Assembly (NCBI GenBank): GCA_963693055.1
Contig: OY843751.1
Span: forward strand, 5,504,001-5,568,000
DNA: 64,000 nt
Source: a bacterium
Lineage (GTDB): Bacteria > Zhuqueibacterota > Zhuqueibacteria > Residuimicrobiales > Krinioviventaceae
Reading direction: 5' to 3'
The notes under the pieces were generated by a model that saw nothing but the letters and a program-made list of their open reading frames with translations, ran no database searches and was not told the DNA's origin. The translations under genes were made by a program, and so were the position numbers. Of the stretch, positions 38,573 to 49,195 are shown in pieces. Each line of letters starts with the position of its first letter. The first letter of the stretch is position 1.

Positions 38573-39546
38573 CAGAAACCAATCCCAAATTCAAACTTCC
38601 CAGGAAGCAGATCATCGTCCTGATCAAGCTCTTGTTGGCATGCATTATTATGTGGGTGCTGATCAAACGCATCAGCATAGATCAGATTATCCTTGCTTTA
38701 CGTCAGGCCAACCTGTTATATATTGCCTTGACAGTGGGGTTACTATTTCTGAATATCTTTTTCCAATTCAAAAAATGGCAGCTTTTGGTCAAGCTTGTCA
38801 AGCCCACAGCCCGCGCAGGCGAAGTCCTTTCTTCCCTGTTTGCCGGTTACGCGCTCGGCTTGGTAACTCCAGGTCGTGTGGGAGAATTCGGACGTTCGGT
38901 TTTCATCCGTAATGCAGATTGGCGCCAACTCACCGGTTTAGTAATCATTGATAAATTATTTGCAATGGTGATGGTTTATCTGTTTGGCCTGGCCGGATTT
39001 GCATATTTTTTACAACTCAAAGCAGGGCATTTACTTTGGCAGCCCCTGTTAATTGCACTGGTTATATTACTGCTTTTGATTATCTTTTTAATCCTTCATC
39101 CGGATTTGCTTCGCACCCTGTTGATGCGATTTAAACCCAGACTCATGAAAATTCATTTCATAGAAAAATTAACTTCTGCCTACAGCTCCTTTACTCATCG
39201 TCACGCATATACACTGTTTGGTTTTGCCGCTTGTCATGTATTTACTTATCTTTTTCAGTTTTATTTGCTCATTAAAGCATTTGCCGAAATCAATTTGCTG
39301 TTGGGATTATTAGCGGTTGCTGCCACCTTTTTAGCCAAAACACTACTGCCTATCTCTTTTGGAGATCTGGGTGTTAGAGAAACCGCAGCAATATATTTCT
39401 TTTCACAACTGGGTATTACCCGCGCGGCTGCATTTAATGCATCTTTTATTTTATTCATCATCAATATTCTTATCCCTTCAACAATTGGAATGGTCGTCAT
39501 CCTCTTAAACCGCAACATGGGCAAAAATGTTGGGTTAAACTCCTAA
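38569..39546 (+). CDS. Flippase-like membrane protein (LPG-synthase TM / UPF0104 family)
   Basis: Multi-TM protein with TPGRVGEFGR and PISFGDLGVRE. ATG 38569 overlaps the upstream TGA. Confidence 0.87.
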   Translation: MTETNPKFKLPRKQIIVLIKLLLACIIMWVLIKRISIDQIILALRQANLLYIALTVGLLFLNIFFQFKKWQLLVKLVKPTARAGEVLSSLFAGYALGLVTPGRVGEFGRSVFIRNADWRQLTGLVIIDKLFAMVMVYLFGLAGFAYFLQLKAGHLLWQPLLIALVILLLLIIFLILHPDLLRTLLMRFKPRLMKIHFIEKLTSAYSSFTHRHAYTLFGFAACHVFTYLFQFYLLIKAFAEINLLLGLLAVAATFLAKTLLPISFGDLGVRETAAIYFFSQLGITRAAAFNASFILFIINILIPSTIGMVVILLNRNMGKNVGLNS

Positions 39547-40685
39547 TGCCAATTCTCTTAATTTTTATACTGATACTGTCCCTGGTTTATACGATTTTTT
39601 TATCCGTGTTGATGATTGGGCTTGATCGCCTGCTCTCGAGCAGTAAAACAACGAGTGATGCCCGCCCCATGATCTCGGTTCTGGTACCGGTACGCAATGA
39701 AGTTGAAACCCTTGAAAACTGTCTCAATGCTCTGTTATCACAAAATTACCCCCCAGACCAATACGAAATTATACTGATCAACGATCATTCAACCGACGGA
39801 TCTGCCGAAATAATTTCAAAATACGCAGAAACAGAACAAAACATCATTGCTATTGACAATCTCGCAATTCAACCCGAAATTTCTCCAAAAAAGCAGGCCA
39901 TTGAAACCGGTATATCCAGAGCGCAGGGAGAAATAATCCTGACTACCGATGCTGACTGTCTGGTACCTCCCGGATGGTTCAAACAATCCGCAAAATCTTT
40001 TAACGAGTCCACTGCTCTTGCCGCGTCATGGCTGCTGGTGGATCCCGGCAATACAATATTAGGGCGAATGGAATCGCTTGACTCGCTTGGATTTGTTCTG
40101 ATAGGCGCCGCATCCTTTGGACTGGGCAAACCGTTTCTCGCAAATGCCGCCAATCTGGCGTATCGCAAAGAGGTGTTTCTTGAAATTGATGGTTTTAGCG
40201 GCAACAAGCACTTGGGTTCCGGTGATGATGATCTCTTGCTGCAAAAACTCTCAAAATCCAGATGGAAGAGCCTGTTTAATACCGATTCCTCTAACACAGT
40301 TTGGACAAGGGCAAATACGTCGTTTGCGGGATTTTTTCAGCAACGGGTGCGCTGGGCATCCAAAGGTAAACATTATCATATTGCGTTAATATTATTGGAA
40401 TTATTTGTCTTTCTTTTTTATATATCAACCACATTATCTATTCTCTTGTCAATAACCGGAATATGGCCAGTTTATACATTGTTGCTGTTTGTTGTAAAAA
40501 TCATTCTGGATACAATATTCATTCAAACCGGCTGCCGCCACTTGAACCGGTCATTTCACTATGGGGATATGTTTTTGACAGAACTGTTGCAACTGGTTTA
40601 TATACCCATTGTTGGAATTGCAGGCCTGACGGGAAGCTTTAAATGGAAAGACCGTACCTATCTCAAGGGGGCGCTCAAGGGTTAA
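39546..40685 (+). CDS. Membrane GT2 glycosyltransferase (paralog 2)
   Basis: NDHSTD, SPKKQA, TTDADC, SGDDD and QRVRW. Confidence 0.9.
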   Translation: MPILLIFILILSLVYTIFLSVLMIGLDRLLSSSKTTSDARPMISVLVPVRNEVETLENCLNALLSQNYPPDQYEIILINDHSTDGSAEIISKYAETEQNIIAIDNLAIQPEISPKKQAIETGISRAQGEIILTTDADCLVPPGWFKQSAKSFNESTALAASWLLVDPGNTILGRMESLDSLGFVLIGAASFGLGKPFLANAANLAYRKEVFLEIDGFSGNKHLGSGDDDLLLQKLSKSRWKSLFNTDSSNTVWTRANTSFAGFFQQRVRWASKGKHYHIALILLELFVFLFYISTTLSILLSITGIWPVYTLLLFVVKIILDTIFIQTGCRHLNRSFHYGDMFLTELLQLVYIPIVGIAGLTGSFKWKDRTYLKGALKG

Positions 40686-40764
40686 TGAAAATCCATTCAT
40701 TTAGCGGTTTGAATAATAACTGATTTTCAGTATATTTCTACCTGAAAAATAAAGGAAAATCGCA

Positions 40765-42333
40765 TTGAAGCGTTTTATAATATCTATTGCATTACTTTTT
40801 CTATTGAGCTTTCAGTCAATAGCCCAAACTGTTAACGTTCCATTGGGATATTGGGGTTATGAATTTTTGGACCGGTGCGAAACCAAAGGCCTTGTCAACT
40901 CTGTTGTAATGCGAGTTAAACCTTACTCCCGCGAAACCGTGACCAGGCTTATAATCGAGATAGAAAACAATCTAAAAAACAGTCCGGAAAAATTTTCAAA
41001 AACAGACCATGCACAGTTTGAACAGATCAAAGGAGATTTTGTTCAGGAGCTCTTGCAAATGGCCCCGGATATTAAAACATCCATGTCTGAAAAGCACTTG
41101 TGCTCGCATTTTGAAAATAACAGCCAGATCCATTTTGATTTGCTTGTAATGCAAAACATGGTCTATAACAAGGGTGAGCAATACGATCCTGCTGAAAAAA
41201 TTTCCGAGACAACCGTTGGAGGTATTTTACGCGGACACCTTGGCGGCAAACTGGGCTATTATGTAGATGCCAGAAACTCTCTACTTCGCGGAACCGATAT
41301 TGATGAAGAAAGCTTTGATGTTTCCAAAGGCTCTCCCACTGTAACTTCGGGGTCAAATGTATTCAGTGACAGGGCAACAGCGTATTTCATCTGGGAACGC
41401 CCCTGGCTTCGAGTTCAGGTGGGCAAGGATGAAATGGAATGGGGCCCCGGATATCACAGCGGCTTGAGTCTTACCCGCAACATGCCCCCTGCTGACATGA
41501 TAAAACTCAACAGTACCTTTAAACGTTTTTCATTTACCAGCGTACACATGTTTCTTAATAACAGTTTGGGACCCAAATATCTGACAGGCCATAGAATTGA
41601 CATTCGTGTCTTACGTGGTCTGTATGTTGGCGGTACAGAAACCGTCATTTATGGTGACCGCGATGTTGAAATGTCATATCTCAACCCCTTAATGCCATAC
41701 CATGTAGCTGAACATCACCTGGGAGATAAAGACAATAACACCATGAGTCTGGATATTACCCTCACCCGATTTGCGGGTATAAAAGCCTATGCCGAATTTT
41801 TCATTGATGACATGACCACTGCCGAAAGCCTGAACCGGTTCTACGGAAACAAGTTTGCTTTTTTAACCGGCGTACATCTTGCCAGCCCTCTGAACATTCA
41901 AGACCTTGACCTTCGACTGGAATACAGCCGGGTTGAACCTTTTGTTTACGCACATCACGATTCCATCAACATCTATTCGCATTATGACAAAGCCATAGGC
42001 CATTGGCTGGGACCCAATTCAGATACAGCATTACTGCTGGCATCTTATCGGTTCAACAGAGATTTTAAAGCAGAACTCAGTTTTGAACGAATCCGCAAAG
42101 GAACCGGAACCATCAGCACCACCGACCGACCGGAATCCGGTTTACGCAAACATTTTCTTGGCGGCACTGTAGACAAACGCAATCTGTTTGGCATTAAACT
42201 GGTGGACCAGATACGCAGAGACATTTATGTGGCAGTGTCATACACGTATAGCCAGGGTGACAACATAAACCAGATAGCCAGCTTTGGTTCAAATGACCAT
42301 CTGGCCCGTTTTGAATTTAGTATGAATTATTAA
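40765..42333 (+). CDS. Capsule-assembly Wzi-like outer-membrane beta-barrel
   Basis: Signal peptide, N-terminal helical part (KPYSRE), GKDEMEWGPG, GHR, YLNP, DNN, IGHWLGPNSD and an aromatic C-terminus. Confidence 0.75.
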   Translation: MKRFIISIALLFLLSFQSIAQTVNVPLGYWGYEFLDRCETKGLVNSVVMRVKPYSRETVTRLIIEIENNLKNSPEKFSKTDHAQFEQIKGDFVQELLQMAPDIKTSMSEKHLCSHFENNSQIHFDLLVMQNMVYNKGEQYDPAEKISETTVGGILRGHLGGKLGYYVDARNSLLRGTDIDEESFDVSKGSPTVTSGSNVFSDRATAYFIWERPWLRVQVGKDEMEWGPGYHSGLSLTRNMPPADMIKLNSTFKRFSFTSVHMFLNNSLGPKYLTGHRIDIRVLRGLYVGGTETVIYGDRDVEMSYLNPLMPYHVAEHHLGDKDNNTMSLDITLTRFAGIKAYAEFFIDDMTTAESLNRFYGNKFAFLTGVHLASPLNIQDLDLRLEYSRVEPFVYAHHDSINIYSHYDKAIGHWLGPNSDTALLLASYRFNRDFKAELSFERIRKGTGTISTTDRPESGLRKHFLGGTVDKRNLFGIKLVDQIRRDIYVAVSYTYSQGDNINQIASFGSNDHLARFEFSMNY

Positions 42334-42347
42334 CCGGTACTCTCTCT

Positions 42348-43451
42348 ATGCTTTTTTATTTTCTCCTCATCATGACCGCCGGTTATATTTCCATTATCCT
42401 CTGGATTACCCTGGGTCTTTTTCGAATACCCAAAGCCGAATCTCCTAAACAGCCATTTATTTCTGTTATAGTTGCTGCCAGAAATGAACAGGATAATATA
42501 GTAGCATTGCTGCAATCCCTTACTGAACAAAACTATCCCAAAGAGAAATACGAAATTATCATTATAAATGACGGCTCGACAGACCGTACCGCTGATTATA
42601 TTCAATCTTTTCAAAACGAATATCCGGATTCTAAAATCACCCAACTGTTCACAGAAAATCGTGAAACCATCATCTCCCCCAAAAAGAATGCAATTACAAT
42701 GGGTATTGAGCACGCCAGGGGTGAGCTCATATTATTGACAGATGCAGATTGCTTTCCTCCCGAAGGCTGGATACAGGGTCTGGTAAAACGTTTTACACCT
42801 GAAACAGGCATGGTGATAGGATTTTCTCCATACGAACTTCCATCTATCGATACAATACCCGCAAAATTTCTTGCGCTGGATGCATTATCGCTTGCTGCTA
42901 TAGCAGCTGGTACATCCGGTTGGGGCTTTCCCGCCACCTGCAATGGACGAAACCTTGCGTATCGTAAAAGCGTATTTAAAGAGGTGGGCGGCTTTGAAAA
43001 AATAAAACAATTTGCGTCTGGTGACGATGACCTGTTCCTCAAATTGGTGCTAAACAACACGGATTGGAAAATACGTTACGCGTACGATGCCGACCTGGAA
43101 GTCCCTACGGTTATGCTGTCAAATATAAGTCAGTTTTTCCATCAGCGTATGCGTCATGCATCCAAAGGTCTGCACTATGAACCGGTAAAAATTATGATAC
43201 TGGTTCTGGTATATTTATTTAATCTATTTTTACTCATTACTCTTCTTGGATTGTTATTTGGTATTGTAAACAGCACATTGTTCCTACTTTTTGCAAAATT
43301 TATGGCAGATTTTCTTTTACTGGCAGTCTTTGCCGGCAAGATGAAAAAATGGCATTACTTGACAATTTTCCCCCTTGCTTCCATAGTACATTTATTTTAT
43401 GTTGTAATTTTTGGAGCATTGGGTCAGTTAAAATGGTTTAAATGGAAATAA
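42348..43451 (+). CDS. Membrane GT2 glycosyltransferase (paralog 3)
   Basis: AARNE, NDGSTD, LTDADC, SGDDD and QRMRH. Confidence 0.9.
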   Translation: MLFYFLLIMTAGYISIILWITLGLFRIPKAESPKQPFISVIVAARNEQDNIVALLQSLTEQNYPKEKYEIIIINDGSTDRTADYIQSFQNEYPDSKITQLFTENRETIISPKKNAITMGIEHARGELILLTDADCFPPEGWIQGLVKRFTPETGMVIGFSPYELPSIDTIPAKFLALDALSLAAIAAGTSGWGFPATCNGRNLAYRKSVFKEVGGFEKIKQFASGDDDLFLKLVLNNTDWKIRYAYDADLEVPTVMLSNISQFFHQRMRHASKGLHYEPVKIMILVLVYLFNLFLLITLLGLLFGIVNSTLFLLFAKFMADFLLLAVFAGKMKKWHYLTIFPLASIVHLFYVVIFGALGQLKWFKWK

Positions 43452-43463
43452 GTTGGATTTTTC

Positions 43464-44654
43464 ATGATAGTTGCAATTGTAACACTTTTATCAATTCTGT
43501 ATATTATTACTATACTTTTATTTCTGATAGGATTGTTGACAAAAAAATCTGGCAGCAATACAACCCAATATAATGTTACGGTAGTCATTGCCGCACGTAA
43601 TGAAGAAGACAATATTGGCAATATTCTTGAGGACCTTGCTCAACAAACCTATCCGGCTGATAAATACAATGTTATTGTTGTAAATGACGGATCAACAGAC
43701 AATACTCAGGTTGTGATAGATACATTTACAAACCGCTTTTCCAATTTCAGCTCTCTAGCGGTTCAGGCAGTGCCAAACGGATTCAGTCCTAAAAAATTTG
43801 CTTTACAGCAAGCTATTGAACAAAGTAAAAGCGAGCTAATTCTCTCAACAGATGCGGATTGCCGTGTTCAAGCCTCATGGATTGAAAGTATGGTATCATA
43901 TTTTACTCCCGAAATCGGCTTTGTGATCGGTTTTTCTCAATACGGCACTCCCCATGACATCCAAAACACCATTGAAAATCTTCAGGCGTTTGATTTCATG
44001 CAAATGATGGGGGTAGCTGCCGGCACCAGCAATATGGGGTTGCCAATGGCCGCGTCCGGTCAAAACCTGGCTTACCGAAGAGATGCTTTTCTAGAGGTGG
44101 GTGGATTTAATAAAATTGCTCATCGCATTTCCGGGGATGATGTGTTACTATTACAGCTGATCAACCGCTATACCCAATACAAATCGGTTTTTGCCGCAGA
44201 TCCCAAAACTTTTGCTGTATCCAAAGCACAGCCCACGTGGAGCGACTTTATCAATCAACGCATTCGCTGGGCATCTAACGGTTCTTATCAATTATACCTC
44301 AACATCCCGTTTTTTCTGTACCTGCTTTTGGTATATCTGTATTCATTCAGCATTGCGCTTGCTTTTTTCGGTGCGGTCTTTTTATCCATTCCCATGTCTT
44401 TTTTCATCGGAGCATTGTTCATCAAAATCCTTGCTGATGGGGCAATAACATTAAAAAGCGCGTCTTATTACAATAGACGGGATCTATTAAAATGGTATCC
44501 ACTGTGGTTTGTATTGCAGGTTCCGTATATAGTTTATGTGGGTTTTCAGGGGACTTTTGGAAATTTCAAATGGAAGGGGCGCAAACACTCTACAGATTTT
44601 AACAAAACTCCCAGGCACTTGTCCTTTTCAGACCAGTCGGAAGCAAAAGAATGA
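43464..44654 (+). CDS. Membrane GT2 glycosyltransferase (paralog 4)
   Basis: AARNE, NDGSTD, STDADC, SGDDV and QRIRW. Confidence 0.9.
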   Translation: MIVAIVTLLSILYIITILLFLIGLLTKKSGSNTTQYNVTVVIAARNEEDNIGNILEDLAQQTYPADKYNVIVVNDGSTDNTQVVIDTFTNRFSNFSSLAVQAVPNGFSPKKFALQQAIEQSKSELILSTDADCRVQASWIESMVSYFTPEIGFVIGFSQYGTPHDIQNTIENLQAFDFMQMMGVAAGTSNMGLPMAASGQNLAYRRDAFLEVGGFNKIAHRISGDDVLLLQLINRYTQYKSVFAADPKTFAVSKAQPTWSDFINQRIRWASNGSYQLYLNIPFFLYLLLVYLYSFSIALAFFGAVFLSIPMSFFIGALFIKILADGAITLKSASYYNRRDLLKWYPLWFVLQVPYIVYVGFQGTFGNFKWKGRKHSTDFNKTPRHLSFSDQSEAKE

Positions 44655-45376
44655 TAAAAGCAATATCAACATTTGGCGGGTTGATACTTTTCACCATCTC
44701 TTCCTGGGCAGTGGAATGTCTGCCTTTTGTTAACGAGACCTTGAACTACTCTGTCAAATTCAATGGGCTTGCTACAGCTCATTCTTCATTAACATGTGAA
44801 CAATCTGACTCCAGCACGATTGAAATTCAATGGAAACTGAAATCAAAAAGAGCTTTCCGCTTTATCTTTTATGTAGACAATATATATACTTCCCGGATAA
44901 ATTTAAATACCTGGCAAACGCTTTCATTCACCAAAGACGTAAAGCAAAAAAACATTAAACAAACAGTCACAACTCGTTATAATCGTAATGAAACCATTGC
45001 ATATACAGACAATGCTCTGCAATGGCCGGCTCCGGCTAGCAGTATGGACATTTTGTCGCTTTTGTATCATTTACGTTTACAAGACCTGAATGCCGGAGAT
45101 TCATTAAATTACATCATTGATCTGGAAAGTCATATCTGGAATATTACCGGTACGGTAGCTGACCATGACAATCTCAAGACGGTGAACCTTGAATTTTCAC
45201 CCTCTATGCCTATTGTAGAACGGGCCTGGAAAACGGATCTCATGACCAATCGTATATCCAAAGCATTAACCAAACTGACAATTCAGTTCGGACCCGACCC
45301 GCAAAACGTTCCAAATAAAATAAAATTTGAGAACGACCAATCCACAGTTGAAATGGACCTAGACACGGAACAATAA
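44651..45376 (+). CDS. Exported DUF3108-like protein
   Basis: Signal peptide; ETLNYSVKF, FYVDNIYTS and DILSLLYHLR match the DUF3108 pattern as I recall it. Confidence 0.6.
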   Translation: MIKAISTFGGLILFTISSWAVECLPFVNETLNYSVKFNGLATAHSSLTCEQSDSSTIEIQWKLKSKRAFRFIFYVDNIYTSRINLNTWQTLSFTKDVKQKNIKQTVTTRYNRNETIAYTDNALQWPAPASSMDILSLLYHLRLQDLNAGDSLNYIIDLESHIWNITGTVADHDNLKTVNLEFSPSMPIVERAWKTDLMTNRISKALTKLTIQFGPDPQNVPNKIKFENDQSTVEMDLDTEQ

Positions 45377-45380
45377 ACCT

Positions 45381-46523
45381 ATGATCATAACACTTTTATC
45401 ATTTGCCGAATACGGCATATTTACTCTTTACCTTTTCTGTGGAATTATTATTTTTTTCGGATTAAAAAAGTACAATCAATCTCCTTTAACCCAATTTTCA
45501 TCCGTCTCGGTAATTGTTGCGGCCAGAAATGAAGAACACTATATTAGTGCATGTTTAAATTCGCTGACAGAACTTGACTATCCTCAGGACAAGCTTGAAC
45601 TGATTATTGTTGACGATCATTCTACAGATAAAACCCTGAAAATCATCAAAGAATTTGCTGACATACACAAACACATCATACCCATTGCATTGGGAGATTA
45701 TTTTGAAAACAATTCCGGCAAAGCCGACGCTATCCAGTTTGCTGTTGAAAAAAGTAAAGGTGAATTTTTATTCGTAACCGATGCCGACTGCCAGGTGCCC
45801 CGCGGGTGGATCAAAAACCTGCTTTCTGCCTTTACACCCGGCATGGGACTGGTTGGAGGCGCCACTCTATTAGATAAACCCAATGAAAAAATGCCGCTGT
45901 TTGGCAGAATTCAATCATTCGACTGGCTATACTTGCTGACCATAGCACTCTCTACCGGACATTACGGCTTTCCCATCAGCTGGTTTGGAAACAATATGGC
46001 TTTTCGGCGGGAGACATTTGACTCTATAGGTGGGTTTAAAAATCTGAGAAATACAATTGTTGAAGATTTTGCATTTATTCTCAAAATCCACAAATCCCGA
46101 AACTGGAAAATTAAATTTCTGTTCCATCAAGACTCGCTGGTCAAAAGTGACCCGGTTCTCCATATCCGTTCATACTATAACCAGCGAAAACGCTGGGCCA
46201 GTGCAGTAAACGCAGTCCACCCGGTTGCTAAATTAATGATGTTTACATCGGTTGCTGCCCATGTCATCATTGTTTTAAATATTATAACGCTGCAATTCCA
46301 TTCTGCCATTTGGGGCTTTACCATCATGACCTTGGTCGATTTGACCGCAACCTGGAAATCTACAGGATTTTTAGACCGCAGGGATTTGTTGAAATATATA
46401 CTGCCATTTAAAATCTATTACTTTTATTTTACCCTGGTCTTTCCAGTGATGTTGATATTTGATCATAAAATTGACTGGAAAGACCGGAATTATCCAATAT
46501 TTTCCAAAACAACCGAGTCTTAA
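45381..46523 (+). CDS. Membrane GT2 glycosyltransferase (paralog 5)
   Basis: AARNE, DDHSTD, VTDADC, IVEDF and QRKRW. Confidence 0.9.
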   Translation: MIITLLSFAEYGIFTLYLFCGIIIFFGLKKYNQSPLTQFSSVSVIVAARNEEHYISACLNSLTELDYPQDKLELIIVDDHSTDKTLKIIKEFADIHKHIIPIALGDYFENNSGKADAIQFAVEKSKGEFLFVTDADCQVPRGWIKNLLSAFTPGMGLVGGATLLDKPNEKMPLFGRIQSFDWLYLLTIALSTGHYGFPISWFGNNMAFRRETFDSIGGFKNLRNTIVEDFAFILKIHKSRNWKIKFLFHQDSLVKSDPVLHIRSYYNQRKRWASAVNAVHPVAKLMMFTSVAAHVIIVLNIITLQFHSAIWGFTIMTLVDLTATWKSTGFLDRRDLLKYILPFKIYYFYFTLVFPVMLIFDHKIDWKDRNYPIFSKTTES

Positions 46524-46524
46524 A

Positions 46525-47577
46525 ATGCAGTTACCCTGGTCACCCATACTATTGCATTATTATATCACCTATCGGTGCAACTGCAAATGCCAATTCTGTG
46601 ATATCTGGGACACCCCCGGAAATCCCAAAAGTCAGTTTGCAAACCTTGAGGCAATCCGGCAAAATCTGGAACAGGGGCGTAAACTGGGACTAAAATTCGT
46701 AGACTTTACCGGCGGAGAGCCACTGCTTCATTCCGCCTTGCCCGAAATGCTGGATATGGCAAAATCCATGGGCTATCGAACAACCCTGACCACAAATGGC
46801 ATCCTATACCCCAAAAAAGCCCAGGACCTGCTGGGTAAAGTCGATCTGCTGCATTTCTCACTGGACTCTCTAGATCCGCAGCAGCACAACACACTGCGTG
46901 GCAAAAATGTTTACGACAGTCTAATGCTGGCCATAGATACGGCCATAGCCCTGGGAGAAACACCAGACATCTTGTATACTGTCACCCAGGACAATTTAGA
47001 TCAACTTGAGAACCTTGCCAGCTTTACCGGCAAATTGGGTTTAATGCTCATTATTAACCCGGTCTTTTCTCACGTTCAGCAGCATCAACTGGCAGAAGAA
47101 GCACTTCAACGCATTGAATCTTTTCGCAAACTGCCCTATGTTTATATAAACAGCGCGTTTCACCAGTTGCGTAGGATGGGAGGCAACAATCCGGAAAATC
47201 CGCGTTGTCGGGTAACAACTTCAACTATTGTAATTTCTCCCGACAACCATCTGCTATTACCTTGCTTTCACCATCACCAGCACAAGATCCCCGTGAATAA
47301 CAGCCTGTACTCGCTCTATCACAGTGATGAAATCAAAGATTACAAAAACATGGAAGGTAAATACGATTTTTGCAGCGGATGCGTTATGAATTGCTATATG
47401 GACCCTTCTTTTCTATACAAAGCCGATTCATATTTGACCAAAAGTCTGTTGTCAAAAACCCGCTATGCCTGGAACAAGTACATCAGACGACCGGTGGAAA
47501 AACACACCGGAAGGTTAGATACCCGCCCTGCCGCTGAAATCGCCCAATCCATCCGAGAGTTGAATCAATGTTCGTAG
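46525..47577 (+). CDS. Radical SAM enzyme with a SPASM/Twitch-like C-terminus
   Basis: CNCKCQFC, FTGGEP and TTNG; C-terminal C...LPC...CSGCVMNC. The likely start is ATG 46525. Confidence 0.9.
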   Translation: MQLPWSPILLHYYITYRCNCKCQFCDIWDTPGNPKSQFANLEAIRQNLEQGRKLGLKFVDFTGGEPLLHSALPEMLDMAKSMGYRTTLTTNGILYPKKAQDLLGKVDLLHFSLDSLDPQQHNTLRGKNVYDSLMLAIDTAIALGETPDILYTVTQDNLDQLENLASFTGKLGLMLIINPVFSHVQQHQLAEEALQRIESFRKLPYVYINSAFHQLRRMGGNNPENPRCRVTTSTIVISPDNHLLLPCFHHHQHKIPVNNSLYSLYHSDEIKDYKNMEGKYDFCSGCVMNCYMDPSFLYKADSYLTKSLLSKTRYAWNKYIRRPVEKHTGRLDTRPAAEIAQSIRELNQCS

Positions 47578-49193
47578 AATTTCCAGACATCCACATACAC
47601 GTGCTTGCCCCACTGCTATTCTTTTTCCTTTATGCAGAGATCCATTTTAGATTTCCAGGTATACCCAGCCGATATTTTATCAAACAACCTGAAATCCTGG
47701 CAGATATACCTCACCGTATCGATCCGGGACAGCCATTGCCTGTACTGATCATTGTCAAAGATGCCAATCGTTTTCCCGTTACCCTGCAAGAGATTAATGT
47801 TGATGTTATTTTGGCTAACAAGCAGGAACGGATCTACCACGAGTCTCTAAATCTGAATCTCGAATCCGAATTCTGGGAAAACCTGGTGGATATTAAAGTT
47901 TCAGAAAAATATAAAGGCCGAATTCAGATTGATGTGGAAATGCATTACAGCATTGCCGGCAAATCCTATTGCATCAAAAACGACAACTATACACAAACTT
48001 CCCACGCACCCTTTGATGTTTTGATCGATACACAACCGCTGCCAAAATCAAAAGACTGGTATTTTGGCGATCTGCATTATCATAGTAATTACACCAGCGA
48101 TCAGGTTGAATTTGGCGCCCCCATTTCTGCATCCAAAACCATTGCAAAACGTATGGGAATCGATTTTTTTGCGGTTTCTGACCACTCGTACGATCTGGAT
48201 GATCATTGGAACAATTACCTGAAAAACGATCCGGATTTAAAAAAATGGAAGCATTTGTGGCAGACGGTTGAACAGATCAATTCAGAGGATGACAGCTTTG
48301 TCATTATTCCGGGAGAAGAGTTGTCTGCCGGCAATCACAAAAGCCAGAACGTACACTTTTTAATATTGAACAATCGTGAATTTTTCACTGGTTATGGAGA
48401 CAGCGCGGAAAAAATATTACAAACACGCCCGCAATGGCAAATCTCTAATGTTCTGAAAAAACTATCACCACAGGCGGTATCTATTGCATCCCATCCCGAA
48501 ACCAATCCGCCGTTTGTACAACGGCTACTGATCAATCGGGGTAAATGGCATCATGCTGATTACACAGCTCAAGGTCTTACTGGCGTTCAAATGTGGAACG
48601 GGGACAAGGAACATTTTCTAAAGCACGGTTTATCCGCATGGATAGACTTGCTGCTACAAGGTTACAAACCAGTTCTTTTGGCTGGTAATGACGCGCATGG
48701 CAATTTTAACCGGTTCCGACAGTTAAGCACTCCATTCTGGAGCATGAAAGAAAACCATCTGGAAGTTTTTGCCATTGCACGAACGGGTGTTTTTGTAGAG
48801 GACGCCTTTTCGCTTGACTCGCTTTTACAAAGCATACAAAAAGGAAAGGCAATAGTAACCGACGGACTTTTTGCGGATTTGATTCTTAAAGGGGGAAACA
48901 AGCTGGCCAAATTGGGTGATACGGTTCAAGCAAGTAATGTGCAGGCTGAAATTAAGATTTTATCCTCTCCTGCATTTGGAGAGATATCATTTGTTGATCT
49001 TTATATTGGGGATAAAATAAAACGCTCAGAGCTCCAACAGCCCCTGGACCTGCCAAGAGATACCGGGTATTCTCTGGAATTAAATGTACAGTTGAATGAT
49101 TTACCAAAATCGGGATATATAAGACTGGTTACAGTTAGTAAAAGCAAAGACAGGGAATACCATTGTTTCACAAACCCTGTCTTTATAGACTAG
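47568..49193 (+). CDS. PHP-family (CehA/McbA-like) metallohydrolase
   Basis: Metal-ligand motifs GDLHYHS, VSDH, PGEE, SHP and GNDAHG. Confidence 0.8.
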   Translation: MFVEFPDIHIHVLAPLLFFFLYAEIHFRFPGIPSRYFIKQPEILADIPHRIDPGQPLPVLIIVKDANRFPVTLQEINVDVILANKQERIYHESLNLNLESEFWENLVDIKVSEKYKGRIQIDVEMHYSIAGKSYCIKNDNYTQTSHAPFDVLIDTQPLPKSKDWYFGDLHYHSNYTSDQVEFGAPISASKTIAKRMGIDFFAVSDHSYDLDDHWNNYLKNDPDLKKWKHLWQTVEQINSEDDSFVIIPGEELSAGNHKSQNVHFLILNNREFFTGYGDSAEKILQTRPQWQISNVLKKLSPQAVSIASHPETNPPFVQRLLINRGKWHHADYTAQGLTGVQMWNGDKEHFLKHGLSAWIDLLLQGYKPVLLAGNDAHGNFNRFRQLSTPFWSMKENHLEVFAIARTGVFVEDAFSLDSLLQSIQKGKAIVTDGLFADLILKGGNKLAKLGDTVQASNVQAEIKILSSPAFGEISFVDLYIGDKIKRSELQQPLDLPRDTGYSLELNVQLNDLPKSGYIRLVTVSKSKDREYHCFTNPVFID

Positions 49194-49195
49194 CA

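Noticed and set aside
46525-47577. RiPP maturase or tetraether synthase
   Set aside because: There is no precursor peptide or RRE nearby, and it is too short and lacks the extra domains of Tes. The CPBP gene is 13 kb away among housekeeping genes.
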